Position numbers and translations under genes: made by a program. The notes beneath the pieces were generated by a model, which saw only the letters and a list, made by a program, of their open reading frames with translations, had not been told where the DNA came from and did not search any database. Shown piece by piece: positions 1-10,475 of a stretch of 32,000 nt of DNA. Source of the stretch: Wolbachia endosymbiont of Dirofilaria (Dirofilaria) immitis. GTDB lineage: Bacteria > Pseudomonadota > Alphaproteobacteria > Rickettsiales > Anaplasmataceae. The DNA lies in assembly GCF_013365455.1 (NCBI RefSeq), contig NZ_CP046578.1:330001-362000 (forward strand). Reading direction: 5' to 3'. Every line of letters begins with the position of its first letter. Within the stretch, counting starts at the first letter, position 1.

Positions 1-657
1 ATTTTTTATACCAAAGTTAATGCCTTTAGTTATAGCTGCTAGTACTTTTTCAAGGTTGCAATCTGCTCCGGGGACACGGTGTTCTAAGCGACATTTGCCA
101 CTGCAACTTAAAATCCTAATTGCAGCAGTTCTATTATTCACACCCCAACTAACTGTAGTTGGGGTGTGAATATCCGGATATTGAAATCTGAGATATGAGT
201 TATTATTGGGAGCAAAGAATAACATATCTTTTTTCATCATAGCACATAACCCACCAATGCTGTAAATCAAGAAGTCACTATACCTTTGTTTACTGTAATA
301 AAATAAGTTGCTATTGTGTAAGTCAACTAAATTGACGTGCACGTTTAATGCACTGCCTGCTCTATCTAAGTAAGGTTTTGCTTTAAAGGAAACATTACCA
401 CCAAGTTTTTGTGCTGTTTCAGTAATTAATCCTTTTGCTAACTCAAAATTCTTAATTAAGTTATTAAAGTCCATGTAACAACCACTTTTTGTTTCATATT
501 GATGTATAGAGCTCTCTTTCTCACAGGAAAATCCAAGTAAAGCTATTTTATCTTTAACACTATTGAGAAATAAATACTCTTTCTCTATTCCTTCTGTATA
601 AAATTCTAATTCAATTCCAAATTGTACATGACAGTTCAAATTATCTAATATGTTCAT
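1..657 (-). CDS. Glutamine synthetase catalytic-domain family protein; the 5' part of the gene is in the window and it continues past the left edge
   Basis: It is absent from the ORF track because it runs off the edge. My reverse-strand translation from ATG (657..655) is stop-free to position 1 (219 codons): MNILDNLNCHVQFGIELEFY...KAKPYLDRAGSALNVHVNL...APNNNSYLRFQYPDIHTPTTVSWGVNNRTAAIRI...RLEHRVPGADCN. These match GS catalytic motifs (GxExEF, KPx5-6GSxxHxH, NSYxR, NRxxxxR, ExRxPxxD). The start sits right at the GxExEF strand, so no N-terminal beta-grasp domain is encoded. Confidence 0.75.
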   Translation of the reverse strand, partial: MNILDNLNCHVQFGIELEFYTEGIEKEYLFLNSVKDKIALLGFSCEKESSIHQYETKSGCYMDFNNLIKNFELAKGLITETAQKLGGNVSFKAKPYLDRAGSALNVHVNLVDLHNSNLFYYSKQRYSDFLIYSIGGLCAMMKKDMLFFAPNNNSYLRFQYPDIHTPTTVSWGVNNRTAAIRILSCSGKCRLEHRVPGADCNLEKVLAAITKGINFGIKN

Positions 658-966
658 AGATTTACTTCAGTAAGTTTATATTAAGTTAATTATATTTATA
701 CTAGCACTTTACTTTTTGCTAATAGATTTAATACCCTATTTATGTAGTGTATTGTTGTTTTTTAATGCATTGCTAACTCTTGAAGCAAGTTATGGCTTAT
801 TTGTTGAAAGAAAAATGATCAATTTTAGTACTTTTATACCCTTTACAACTTATCAAAAATCACCATAATTTTTAGTGTATATTGAGTATTGTTGGCTTTT
901 CACTTTGCAGTAAGCTGTTGATTATCTTTTATTTTTCTAATTGTTACTTTTTTCTTGGTATGGTGT

Positions 967-2346
967 ATGAGCTTAATTAACCCTAAGGTTTCTGCTATGT
1001 TTTTTGACCAGATTGTTACAGTGACAGATCATAACATTGCTTGGGAGAAAATCCAGAATTGTCTTTATAATCTTTATGGAGAGGCAACATATAACAGCTG
1101 GCTAAGTTCACTTAGGTTTATCAGTAGTAGTAACGAGGAAGTTTTATTGTCTGTGCCAACAAGATTTATAAAGGAATGGATTACAGTTCATTATATGGAG
1201 AAGATATTATCTTTATGGCAAAGTGAGGATAAGAGTATACGTTCTATTGATATTCGGGTAACTGAGGGAAAGGATTTAAATTCTAATGTTATAGCAAGAA
1301 GCAAGGAGGAGAATAGTCATGGTCTTGGTTCACCACTTGACCCGAGATTTACCTTTGATAATTTTGTGGTAGGAAAGCCAAATGAACTAGCGTTTACGGC
1401 TGCGAAGCGTGTAGCAGAGGTGGATCCAATACCAGGTAGCAATCCTCTGTTTCTATATGGTGGAGTAGGGCTTGGTAAAACACACCTTATGCATGCTATA
1501 GCTTGGCACATAGTCAATTCTCTTCTGGAAAAGAGAAAAGTAGTGTATTTATCGGCAGAAAAATTCATGTATCAATATATTACAGCACTGCGAAGTAAAG
1601 ATATCATGTTATTTAAAGAACAATTTAGGTCGGTAGATGTGTTAATGGTAGACGACGTGCAGTTCATTAGTGGTAAAGATAGTACACAGGAAGAGTTTTT
1701 TCACACTTTTAATGCATTAATAGATCAAAATAAGCAGTTGGTTATATCAGCTGATAGATCTCCTAGTGATCTTGATGGGGTAGAGGAAAGGATAAAATCT
1801 CGGCTTGGTTGGGGATTGGTAGCAGATATTAATGAAACGACTTTTGAGTTAAGGCTTGGTATATTGCAGGCTAAGGTAGAACAAATGAATATATATGTTC
1901 CGGATGATGTTTTAGAGTTTCTAGCAAGAAACATAAAATCTAATATAAGAGAGCTAGAGGGAGCCTTAAATAAAGTTGCTCATACTTCATTGATTGGAAG
2001 AAGTATGACAGTAGAATCAGCCAGTGAAACTCTGGCAGATCTTCTTAGATCAAATCATAAGCAAATTACAATAGCAGAAATACAGAAGAAGATAGCTGAG
2101 TTTTTTAATATAAAAGTCGCAGATATGCATTCTAATAGAAGACTCCGCGGTCTTGTAAGGCCGAGACAAGTAGCTATGTATTTTGCTAAAAAATTTACGC
2201 AGAAGAGTCTTCCAGATATTGGAAGGAGCTTTGGTGGTAGAGACCATGCTACTGTTATACATGCAGTAAAACAGATAGAAAATTTTATAAGAACTGACTC
2301 TAATTTTGCTGATGAAATTAATCAGTTAAAAAAAATGTTTAAGTAG
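967..2346 (+). CDS. dnaA: Chromosomal replication initiator protein DnaA
   Basis: Has an AAA+ Walker A (GGVGLGKTH) and Walker B (LMVDDVQF). The C-terminal DnaA-box-binding domain is present ([36 protein letters not shown]). The ORF track opens at TTG 955; the first ATG is 967, with an alternative ATG at 997, so the start is uncertain by up to 14 codons. Confidence 0.97.
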   Translation: MSLINPKVSAMFFDQIVTVTDHNIAWEKIQNCLYNLYGEATYNSWLSSLRFISSSNEEVLLSVPTRFIKEWITVHYMEKILSLWQSEDKSIRSIDIRVTEGKDLNSNVIARSKEENSHGLGSPLDPRFTFDNFVVGKPNELAFTAAKRVAEVDPIPGSNPLFLYGGVGLGKTHLMHAIAWHIVNSLLEKRKVVYLSAEKFMYQYITALRSKDIMLFKEQFRSVDVLMVDDVQFISGKDSTQEEFFHTFNALIDQNKQLVISADRSPSDLDGVEERIKSRLGWGLVADINETTFELRLGILQAKVEQMNIYVPDDVLEFLARNIKSNIRELEGALNKVAHTSLIGRSMTVESASETLADLLRSNHKQITIAEIQKKIAEFFNIKVADMHSNRRLRGLVRPRQVAMYFAKKFTQKSLPDIGRSFGGRDHATVIHAVKQIENFIRTDSNFADEINQLKKMFK

Positions 2347-3462
2347 AGTTTTTAAAGCTAAATTATATTACAGATCTAGTGTCATACTTGTAAGGTTAAG
2401 GAAATGTAGTAGTGGATTTAACTTAGGAAAGGGAAAAGGAAAATGCCAGTTATTTTAAATTTAGTAGAAGTAGAAAAATAGGAAACTTATATATAATGGG
2501 GAAAATACTTATTTGTCAAAAAAGTTTGAAGGTTTTTTAATGAAAAGATTAAGTGAAACTTCGTTAATATAATAGGACTTATGAAGGAGTTAATAATTAT
2601 AGTGTAGAAATAATGTATCAATTATTGAACAAGGATATGATAGATATAACAGAACAAGGTTTGAATTTTAAGAAGTGGCAGTAGAGTTTATGGGGGAGAT
2701 ACAGCAAGCCTTTAATGTTACTTGAAGGTGCCTTGGTTGTAGACTTTTGAAGTAATTCAGAAGTGTTAAGTTATTGGATAGATAGTAGATCTATTGATCT
2801 GCTAATAGTATGGGAATATATATAAGAGACATAGTAACGGTTATATGATAGTTAAACTTTAGAAGAAATACAGCAGAACTCTTAGCTTCCAAAAAGAAAA
2901 GGTGGTTGTTGAGCTAAAAAGCGAATCAGAAAGTTATTTAAAACTAAATAGCAAGTTAACAGTTAGGGAATCTTTCTTTTAAAAGCTCATATTGGTCGCG
3001 ATTTTCATAAAAAGGCAAGTATGGAAAAATTATGGTATCTATTTTAGTTTATCTAAATTTGCTTATAATTTGCTAATTACTATACAGCTATACAAATATT
3101 GTGAATAGCAATATGCGTAACAAGATGGTGTCATTTCAATATCTGGATCAAGTTTTTGGTAATTTTATCAAAAGTGTTTTGTGATGCGTTTGTTTATAAT
3201 CAATTTTATTAGATCTCGGTATCGTAAGCATTGGAATGACATCCTTCTAGGTTGCTTGGGTGGTAGGTGATACTTTCTTGCTTGGTTTATGAGTTGCTTT
3301 AGTATTTAAGAAATTTGCTAATAAAGAAAAAGGCAAAAAATCTTTATTAAAAAAAAATTGTAAACAGCAGTATTACTTATATCACCTATTGCTTAATTCT
3401 CATTTTACCATGCTATAAGTGATTGTATTAGTCGACTAAAAGATCTGCTTTCTAGCAAGTAT

Positions 3463-3999
3463 CTAGGAAATATATTTGTATGATTGCGACTTTCGTGTTT
3501 CCCAGTTTTTTACGTATTGTTTAATTAATTCAGGATAATTTTTGATGATTAATAAATTTTCGGCATTGCCTTTTCTGGCCGTTCTGCTAAGGTTAAATGA
3601 TCCTGTAATGACTCTTTGATTATCAATGATTATTATTTTATTATGAGCAATTTTAGGCTTGTCATCAATCCAAATTGGTATTTTGCTAGCGAACAATTCA
3701 TTTATTACACTGTATTTTGAGTGAAGCTGCGATTTATCCAAGATGACTTTAACATCAATGCCACGCTTTTTAGCCTTAATTAAGGCATATGCAACTGCTT
3801 TAAGAGTAAATGTGTATTCTTGAACTAGAATGGATTCTTTAGATTGGTCTATCTCGCTGATTAACGATTTAGTACAATCTTCTTCAGGTGAGAAGCAGAC
3901 CGTAGCTCTTGGGCAAGGAGAAAATATAGAGTCTGTATGGCCTGTATAGTAATATGGAGAAGAACATGCTAACAAAAATAGAAGATATAAAAGTCTCAC
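3463..3999 (-). CDS. Phospholipase D / Nuc-endonuclease family protein with a single HKD motif; predicted lipoprotein
   Basis: 178 aa. The HKD motif is HNKIIIIDNQRVITGSFNLSRTARKGNAENLLII (HxKx4Dx6GSxN). The N-terminus MRLLYLLFLLAC carries a lipobox-like LLAC. It lies 33 nt downstream of ubiD on the same strand. Confidence 0.85.
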   Translation of the reverse strand: MRLLYLLFLLACSSPYYYTGHTDSIFSPCPRATVCFSPEEDCTKSLISEIDQSKESILVQEYTFTLKAVAYALIKAKKRGIDVKVILDKSQLHSKYSVINELFASKIPIWIDDKPKIAHNKIIIIDNQRVITGSFNLSRTARKGNAENLLIIKNYPELIKQYVKNWETRKSQSYKYIS

Positions 4000-4032
4000 A
4001 ACCGCACCGAAAGTATAGGACTACATTGTAGT

Positions 4033-5520
4033 TTAATTATCTGTTAATCCATATTTTTTCCACTTCTCTGTAACTTTTCTTATTGTTTCCTTATCCATTT
4101 CAATTTTTCTTCCCCACTCTCGTTTAGTTTCAGGTGGAATTTTGTTTGTTGCATCAAATCCCATTTTACTTCCAAGTCCGCTTTCAGGGGAGGCGAAATC
4201 TAAATAATCAATTGGTGCATTCTCTATCATGATAGTATCACGTACGGGGTCCATTCTTGTTGATATTGCCCACATTACCTCTTTCCAATCACGTATATTT
4301 ATATCGTCGTCAACAATTATAATAAATTTCGTGTATAAAAACTGTTTTAAAAAGGAAAGTATGCCCATAACGATTCTTTTTGCATGTCCTGGATAGGATT
4401 TTTTAATTGACACTACTGCTATTCTATAGGAACACCCTTCTGGTGGCAGATAAAAGTCTGCTATCTCTGGAAATTGATTGATAAGAATTGGCACAAAAAT
4501 TTCGTTGAGTGCCTCGCCAAGAATTGATGGCTCATCTGGTGGCTTGCCAGTAAAGGTACTGAAATAAATTGGATTTTTACGCATTGTAATTGCAGTGATA
4601 TTAAACTCAGGAAATTGCTCAACAGAATTATAGTAGCCGGTGTGGTCTCCATATGGTCCTTCATCTTGATATTTGTCCAAACTTACATAGCCTTCTAAAA
4701 TAATCTCTGCGTTGGCTGGTACTTGAAGTGGTATTGTTTTACAACTTACAAGTTCAAGAGGTTTTTTTCGTAGCAGTCCAGCAAATTGGTATTCTGATAG
4801 TGTTTCTGGTACTGAAATTACTGCAGCAATAAGTGTTGCAGGATCGCTACCAATCGCAGCAGCAGCAGGAAATTTTATGTTCTGCCTTTCTTTCTTCCAT
4901 TGTTTGTAATGACTTGCTCCATCACGATGTATAAGCCAGCGCATTAGAGTCGTTTTTTTACTTATAACCTGCATGCGATATATACCAAGATTGAAATTAT
5001 CTTTTTTGCCTTCCGTTGGTCCTTTTGTTACCACAACTGGCCAAGTGATAAGCGGTGCAGGTTCATTTGGCCAACATGTTTGAATAGGTAATAACGCAAG
5101 ATCCACTTCATCCCCAGTTAACACTATCTCTTGACATGGAGCTTTGCTCACGACTTTACTTCGCATTGATAATACAGCTTTCAATAAGGGAAACATTTTT
5201 ATAGCATCCTTGAAGTTTTTTGGCGGCTCAGGAGATTGCAAAAGTGCTAGGAATTTACCTAAGTCTCTTAGCTTACTATAATTTATATTTAACCCTAAAG
5301 CTATCCTATTGATGGTGCCAAATAAATTCACCAAAACAGGAATTGGATTTTTGCCATTTTCTGTAATGACATTTTCGAAGATGATAGCTGGTCCTTTGTT
5401 TGATAAAACTCTGCGGTGAATTTCTGTCATTTCAAGAACTGTTGAAACCTCTTCCTTGATTCTGATTAAGTCCTTTTTTCCCTCTAATGCTTTAATGAAG
5501 TCGCGTAAGTTATCATACAT
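4033..5520 (-). CDS. ubiD: UbiD-family decarboxylase (4-hydroxy-3-polyprenylbenzoate decarboxylase, ubiquinone biosynthesis)
   Basis: 495 aa. Contains the family hallmark [12 protein letters not shown], and overall length and architecture are typical of UbiD. Confidence 0.93.
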   Translation of the reverse strand: MYDNLRDFIKALEGKKDLIRIKEEVSTVLEMTEIHRRVLSNKGPAIIFENVITENGKNPIPVLVNLFGTINRIALGLNINYSKLRDLGKFLALLQSPEPPKNFKDAIKMFPLLKAVLSMRSKVVSKAPCQEIVLTGDEVDLALLPIQTCWPNEPAPLITWPVVVTKGPTEGKKDNFNLGIYRMQVISKKTTLMRWLIHRDGASHYKQWKKERQNIKFPAAAAIGSDPATLIAAVISVPETLSEYQFAGLLRKKPLELVSCKTIPLQVPANAEIILEGYVSLDKYQDEGPYGDHTGYYNSVEQFPEFNITAITMRKNPIYFSTFTGKPPDEPSILGEALNEIFVPILINQFPEIADFYLPPEGCSYRIAVVSIKKSYPGHAKRIVMGILSFLKQFLYTKFIIIVDDDINIRDWKEVMWAISTRMDPVRDTIMIENAPIDYLDFASPESGLGSKMGFDATNKIPPETKREWGRKIEMDKETIRKVTEKWKKYGLTDN

Positions 5521-6256
5521 AATTTAAAGTAAATCTTCTGATGTAATTACGTAATGTATTCTTTTAAATATTGGTTTTCAGAAATCCAGCTTGCAGTAGT
5601 TAATGCCAAAAGTATCCACTTGTTTGATTTCATTTTTTCTCTATAAACTACTTTTTTATCTTTAAGTACTTAACAAACTTTTTTGTTACTGTATATAAGA
5701 CTTATTCACTGTACTTTACGGTATAAGACATTTTATACCAATCTTTTTGATCGAAGGCTACAGATCTATTTGAATGTCAGAATCCTTACTGCATTTTAAT
5801 CAGCGTTGATGCTGTTAACCTCTACATATAAATCTTGTATACTCTATATTACATTAGCATGTTTCAAACATATCATTTCAAGTACTTGCCTTGTCTGCGT
5901 TTGTCAAGCTATTTTTTATTGTTAATTCTTGATAGTAATATCACTTGTTGTTGCTTTTTTTATACTTCTCTGAATGGTCTTATCGAGCTAGAAAATGATT
6001 TATCTATTATCCTATAATATACTTCTTTTATGTTTTATTCAGTAGTAAAAAACGTTTAATAAGATTGATGACTGCTTAAGTAGGAGTACTTTTTAGTTCT
6101 ACGTAGGTTAAAAAGACTTTAAAAGCTTATACTTATAATAAACCTGGATATAGAATACACCAGATATGAGTGTTTTTATAATTGATACTAAATTGTTTTT
6201 TTTCAATATATGGATATGTGCTAAAAATTTTATATGTAGGTCCTTTAAGTAAGTGT

Positions 6257-6952
6257 ATGCCTAGAATAAAATTTTTATTATTTTATACTTGCTATTGCAG
6301 GTATGCTAGTAATAAGCAGTTGGTTTTCACAGCAAATAAACTCTAAACAATTGTTGTATAAGTAGAAACCTTAACAAGGTCATAGAGATTTTCTGAGAAG
6401 AGTCAATTAAAAACGATTATGCTGCTTGGAGTAATGTAATTAAAGGTAAAATTTTGTAGTATAAAAATAAGAGATATTTGACTCTACTTACCCTTTCTCA
6501 GTAGACAAGAATGACAAGAATAGCAAAGTTGTATCTGTAGGGTCCTTTGACTATTCTTGTGGTTATTGTAAAGCCATAAATGAAGAATGATATCAAACGA
6601 TTGATTAATGATGGCAAAATTTTAAATATATTTTTAGGTATACTCCAATACTTGGTAATAACTCTTTAAAGGCAGTAAGGAGTGCTTTAGCTGTCTATTT
6701 TATTAATAAAGAAAATATTTTTGTTTTTATTATGCTGCCTTAAATTATATGGGAGAGTTTTCAAATAAAACTATATCGAATATAATGAAAAATATATGGA
6801 TTAATGAAAGTGGCTTTGATAACTCTATGAAAAATAATGTAGATAAAATTGAGCAAGCGATAAATAATAGTAAACTTTTAGTAAAGGGACTAGAAGTAGG
6901 TGATACACCTTTTTTAATTATAGGGGATAGCTTGTTTGTAGGTGTTGACTGA
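6257..6952 (+). pseudogene. Degraded DsbA-family thiol:disulfide oxidoreductase
   Basis: Fragments in three frames read in the order expected for a DsbA-like protein:
- Signal-like MPRIKFLLFYTCYC (from ATG 6257).
- ...VDKNDKNSKVVSVGSFDYSCGYCKAINEE* (CXXC active site at 6558-6569, stop at 6588).
- MKNDIKRLINDGKILNIF...
- PILGNNSLKAVRSALAVYFINKE...
- KYFCFYYAALNYMGEFSNK...NSKLLVKGLEVGDTPFLIIGDSLFVGVD* (the 67-aa ORF 6749..6952).
At least three frameshifts or stops interrupt it. Confidence 0.65.
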
Positions 6953-7360
6953 CTTAGGTGTACTGTGTAAGAAAGTCGATGAATTAAGCCATGAGTAGGG
7001 CTAGTTACACAATTTGTTGTAAAATTCTATTTTTTACTTGATAGTACAAATAAACTTATGGTTTTACTGAAAGATAATTAGTATTTTCTACTAATGTTGT
7101 CACAACTTATGATGGTTACGGGCACGCAACTTCAATTAATTTCATCTGTATGCAAATATAACATAGTCTATGTAGGTAGGTTTACAGCTAATAAACAAGA
7201 AATTGGAATAGGGAATAGTAGAAGCGACTTTTTTCGACTGATTAGAACTTATACAAGTAGAAAAGATGAGCACATATGTATGATTAGGGAATATTAGTGT
7301 TATGACACAATAGAGCTGATCTATTTAAATGACAAGGTAAAAAGCTAATATTCAGAGAAA

Positions 7361-10021
7361 TTACTTAATGACTTGCTTCAAAATCTCCTCTTGTTGTTGA
7401 GCGTGGACACTAATATAGCCACATGCAGGAGATGCAGCAGCAGGTCTTGTGATACACTTAGGTCTTTTTGCTTGAACATTGAGATTGAATAATATTTCCT
7501 CTATCAACGGGTTAATAAAAAACCACCCTCCCATGTTTTTTGGTTCTTCTTGGCACCATACAATTTCAGCATTTTTGTATTTTTCAAGCTCTTTGCTTAA
7601 TTTGTCAGCAGGGAATGGGTAAAGTTGCTCTAATCGTATTATTGCTATATCATTTATTTTTTGTGCCTCACATGCTTCAATTATATCGTAGTAAACTTTA
7701 CCGCTGCATATTATGGTTTTGCGTATTTTGTTATCTGAAACTAAGTTTATTCTATATTCTGGGATTACTGTAAGGAATTTTCCTTCGAAGTCAGACAGAT
7801 TGGAAACTGCTCTTTTGTGACGTAGTAGTGATTTGGGTGTAAATACTACCAAAGGCTTACGAAAGTCTCGATGGATCTGCCTGCGCAAAACATGAAAGTA
7901 ATTTGCTGGAGTAGAGCAATTAACTACTTGTATATTGTCCTCTGCACAGAGTTGCAAAAACCTTTCTATACGTGCAGAGCTATGTTCAGGGCCTTGGCCT
8001 TCATAACCATGAGGCAGAAGTAAAACTAGACCGCTTGATCGTAACCATTTTGTTTCTGCTGACGCAATAAATTGATCAATTATGACTTGTGCACCATTTG
8101 CAAAATCACCGAACTGCCCTTCCCAGAGTACTAGTGAATACGGAGAGTCAAGACTATATCCATATTCAAATCCCATTATAGCATACTCTGACAGAGCGCT
8201 ATCTACAACCTCAAAGTTAGCCTGTTTTTTGTTTATATTATTTAATGGAATAAATACCTCTTCTGTTATCTGATCAATAAGCCTTGAATGGCGGTGCGAG
8301 AAAGTGCCACGACTAGAATCTTGCCCTGATAAACGCACTTCTATTCCTTCTGTTAGTAGTGATGCAAATGCAAGACTTTCAGCCATTGCCCAGTCTATGT
8401 TACTACCAGAGTTTATGCTATCTATTCTAACATTGAGTATTTTTCTAATTTTATTATTAATGTTAAAGCTGTTTGGTATATTGCTATTTATGCGTACACC
8501 TAGTTTTTTTAACTTATCTGGTGGTACACCAGAGTCTGTGTAGTATTCGTTTAGATCATTCAGTTTCGCTCTTCTGAGTTTTGACCATATTCCACTGAAC
8601 CAGTCAGCTTTTTTTGGGGTATACGCCACTGATTCAGTGAAACTTTTATCTAATTTTGCTCTAAATTCGTTACGTAGCCTGTTTACCTCATTACTGTTTA
8701 GTACTTTTTCTGCAGTTAACTTCTCTTCATACAGCGTTCCTGGAGTTTTATGCTTTGATATTACCTTATACATAAGTGGCTGAGTGAGATTTGGTTCATC
8801 ACCTTCATTGTGGCCATATTTACGATAGCATATTATATCAATTATAACATCTTTTTTAAACTTCTGCCTATACTCCATCGCTAGACTTGTAACAAAACTT
8901 ACAGCTTCTGGATTATCTCCACTCACATGAAATACTGGAGCCTCTATTGATTTTATTATGTCAGTACAATAAAAAGATGACCGTGTACAACATGGATTAG
9001 CAGTGAAACCAACTTGGTTATTAATGATGATGTGTACGATTCCATCCACTTTGTAACCTTTAATATTGCTCAAGGTCAAAGTTTCAACAACTACTCCTTG
9101 ACCTGTAAAGGCTGCGTCGCCGTGAATTAATACTCCAAGTGCAGACCTTATTTTTTGCTTCGCTCTCACTCTTCCAGCTAGAACTGGATTTACTGCTTCG
9201 AGATGAGATGGGTTAGGGCATAGGCTTAAATGTACTTTTTTACCGTCGGCAAGTATGCGGTCAGATGAGTAACCGAGGTGGTATTTGACGTCACCAGATA
9301 CCCCAAGATTACTTGGGTATGCAAGATTGCCTTGAAATTCAGATAATATTGCCGCATATTCTTTTCCCATGACTTTAGTTAAAACGTTGAGCCGTCCGCG
9401 GTGAGCCATGCCAAGAACCACTTCTTCAATCCCCCAAGCTATAGAGTTACTAATAATCTTTTCGATTGCAACAATGGCTGATTCTCCACCTTCGATAGAG
9501 AAGCGCTTGTATCCAGGAAATTTTATGTGGAGAAACTGCTCGAACATCTCAGATTCAATTAGGTGTCTCAGCATTTCTCTTTTATCTTGTGAGCTTAGCG
9601 TGTAGACTTGATTTTCGATTTTTTCCTGCAGCCATATTCTTTCCTTATAAGAAGAAATATGCATAAATTCAAATCCGATATTCTTACAGTAAATATCTCT
9701 ATAAACTACGGTACTTTGTGTTGGGGAGAAATTTGAATATTTCTGGTAATCTATTTCCTTATTCATGTTTGGTAACAACGGATTAAGATCAGAAAAGAAA
9801 TGACCATAAGATCTGAAAAAATTTACCAGATTAGAAACTGAATTATCTGCCTTAGTCAGATATTGTGTACTGCAGCCCTTATTAACTTCTAAATTAGTTG
9901 AAAAGATTCGATACCAATCTTCTCCAATTGATTTATCGCCTTGCAAGTAACGGCTGTACATCCCCTCTACAAATTTTGTGTTATCACCGTAAAGGTAGGA
10001 GTTATTTTTAAAATTTGGCAT
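7361..10021 (-). CDS. sucA: 2-oxoglutarate dehydrogenase E1 component
   Basis: 886 aa. The ThDP-binding region is GDAAFTGQGVVVETLTLSNIKGYKVDGIVHIIINNQVGFT. Length and N-terminal MPNFKNNSYLYGDN...YL are typical of SucA. Confidence 0.97.
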   Translation of the reverse strand: MPNFKNNSYLYGDNTKFVEGMYSRYLQGDKSIGEDWYRIFSTNLEVNKGCSTQYLTKADNSVSNLVNFFRSYGHFFSDLNPLLPNMNKEIDYQKYSNFSPTQSTVVYRDIYCKNIGFEFMHISSYKERIWLQEKIENQVYTLSSQDKREMLRHLIESEMFEQFLHIKFPGYKRFSIEGGESAIVAIEKIISNSIAWGIEEVVLGMAHRGRLNVLTKVMGKEYAAILSEFQGNLAYPSNLGVSGDVKYHLGYSSDRILADGKKVHLSLCPNPSHLEAVNPVLAGRVRAKQKIRSALGVLIHGDAAFTGQGVVVETLTLSNIKGYKVDGIVHIIINNQVGFTANPCCTRSSFYCTDIIKSIEAPVFHVSGDNPEAVSFVTSLAMEYRQKFKKDVIIDIICYRKYGHNEGDEPNLTQPLMYKVISKHKTPGTLYEEKLTAEKVLNSNEVNRLRNEFRAKLDKSFTESVAYTPKKADWFSGIWSKLRRAKLNDLNEYYTDSGVPPDKLKKLGVRINSNIPNSFNINNKIRKILNVRIDSINSGSNIDWAMAESLAFASLLTEGIEVRLSGQDSSRGTFSHRHSRLIDQITEEVFIPLNNINKKQANFEVVDSALSEYAIMGFEYGYSLDSPYSLVLWEGQFGDFANGAQVIIDQFIASAETKWLRSSGLVLLLPHGYEGQGPEHSSARIERFLQLCAEDNIQVVNCSTPANYFHVLRRQIHRDFRKPLVVFTPKSLLRHKRAVSNLSDFEGKFLTVIPEYRINLVSDNKIRKTIICSGKVYYDIIEACEAQKINDIAIIRLEQLYPFPADKLSKELEKYKNAEIVWCQEEPKNMGGWFFINPLIEEILFNLNVQAKRPKCITRPAAASPACGYISVHAQQQEEILKQVIK

Positions 10022-10475
10022 AATTACATGAAAGACATCAAATGCTTATAAGTATAACTTAAGTTTTTTAAAAAAGAACTTTTTTTAGTGCCAGTGAGTT
10101 AGTCAGTGTATTATCGATTTCTTGAAAATTGTCTTTAGCATTTAACTCAACAATTTTTTTAGTAATAGCTTCAGTAAGCTCGTGAGTAAGTTCTTTTTCT
10201 TGTGAAAAACGTGACTTTTATAGTACTAGTGATGGAAAGATATATAAAACTGTATGTTTATAGAAGCTTGAAACTTATATAAGTACGTGAGATATATATT
10301 ACCACATAAAATTAAATACAATGTACCAACTACGTAATGCTTTTGTTGTTTAGCCTGTACAGATTTAATGATAATTAAGTACTTTTGTTGCCATAATAAA
10401 AAGGATGGTGAAATCTGTTAAGTAATTTTTAGTCCTGTCTTATAACTGAAAGCCAAACATTTACTTAAAGTGATC

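Noticed and set aside
658-954. Possible oriC next to dnaA
   Set aside because: Only two 7/9 matches to the DnaA box are present (TTATCAAAA near 850 and TGTTGATTA near 916). There is no cluster of boxes and no obvious AT-rich 13-mer array. In Anaplasmataceae the origin has been proposed elsewhere (the hemE-flanked region). I treat this as an ordinary divergent promoter spacer.
1317-2262. ORFs of 69-83 aa antisense to dnaA (1317..1568, 1725..1934, 2050..2262)
   Set aside because: They are nested entirely inside a confidently identified gene on the opposite strand, and their sequences are low-complexity and non-family-like. They are typical shadow ORFs. The same reasoning applies to 4461..4664, 7540..7773, 8082..8273, 8304..8543, 9408..9605, 10676..10954, 11931..12176, 12661..12843, 15694..15885, 17488..17988, 19521..19781, 20912..21115, 22788..23432, 26245..26427, 26898..27474, 29973..30380 and 30942..31175.
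5835-7297. Short intergenic ORFs 5835..6017 (60 aa) and 7094..7297 (67 aa)
   Set aside because: They are low-complexity, have no family resemblance and no ribosome-binding site. They lie in decaying DNA next to the DsbA pseudogene. The ORF at 28228..28419 is rejected for the same reasons.
10071-10217. A 49-codon stop-free frame on the minus strand just upstream of sucA (KSRFSQEKELTHELTEAITKKIVELNAKDNFQEIDNTLTNSLALKKVLF)
   Set aside because: It looks protein-like and helical but has no ATG/GTG/TTG start and no recognisable family. It is probably a C-terminal remnant of a lost gene or a chance open frame.
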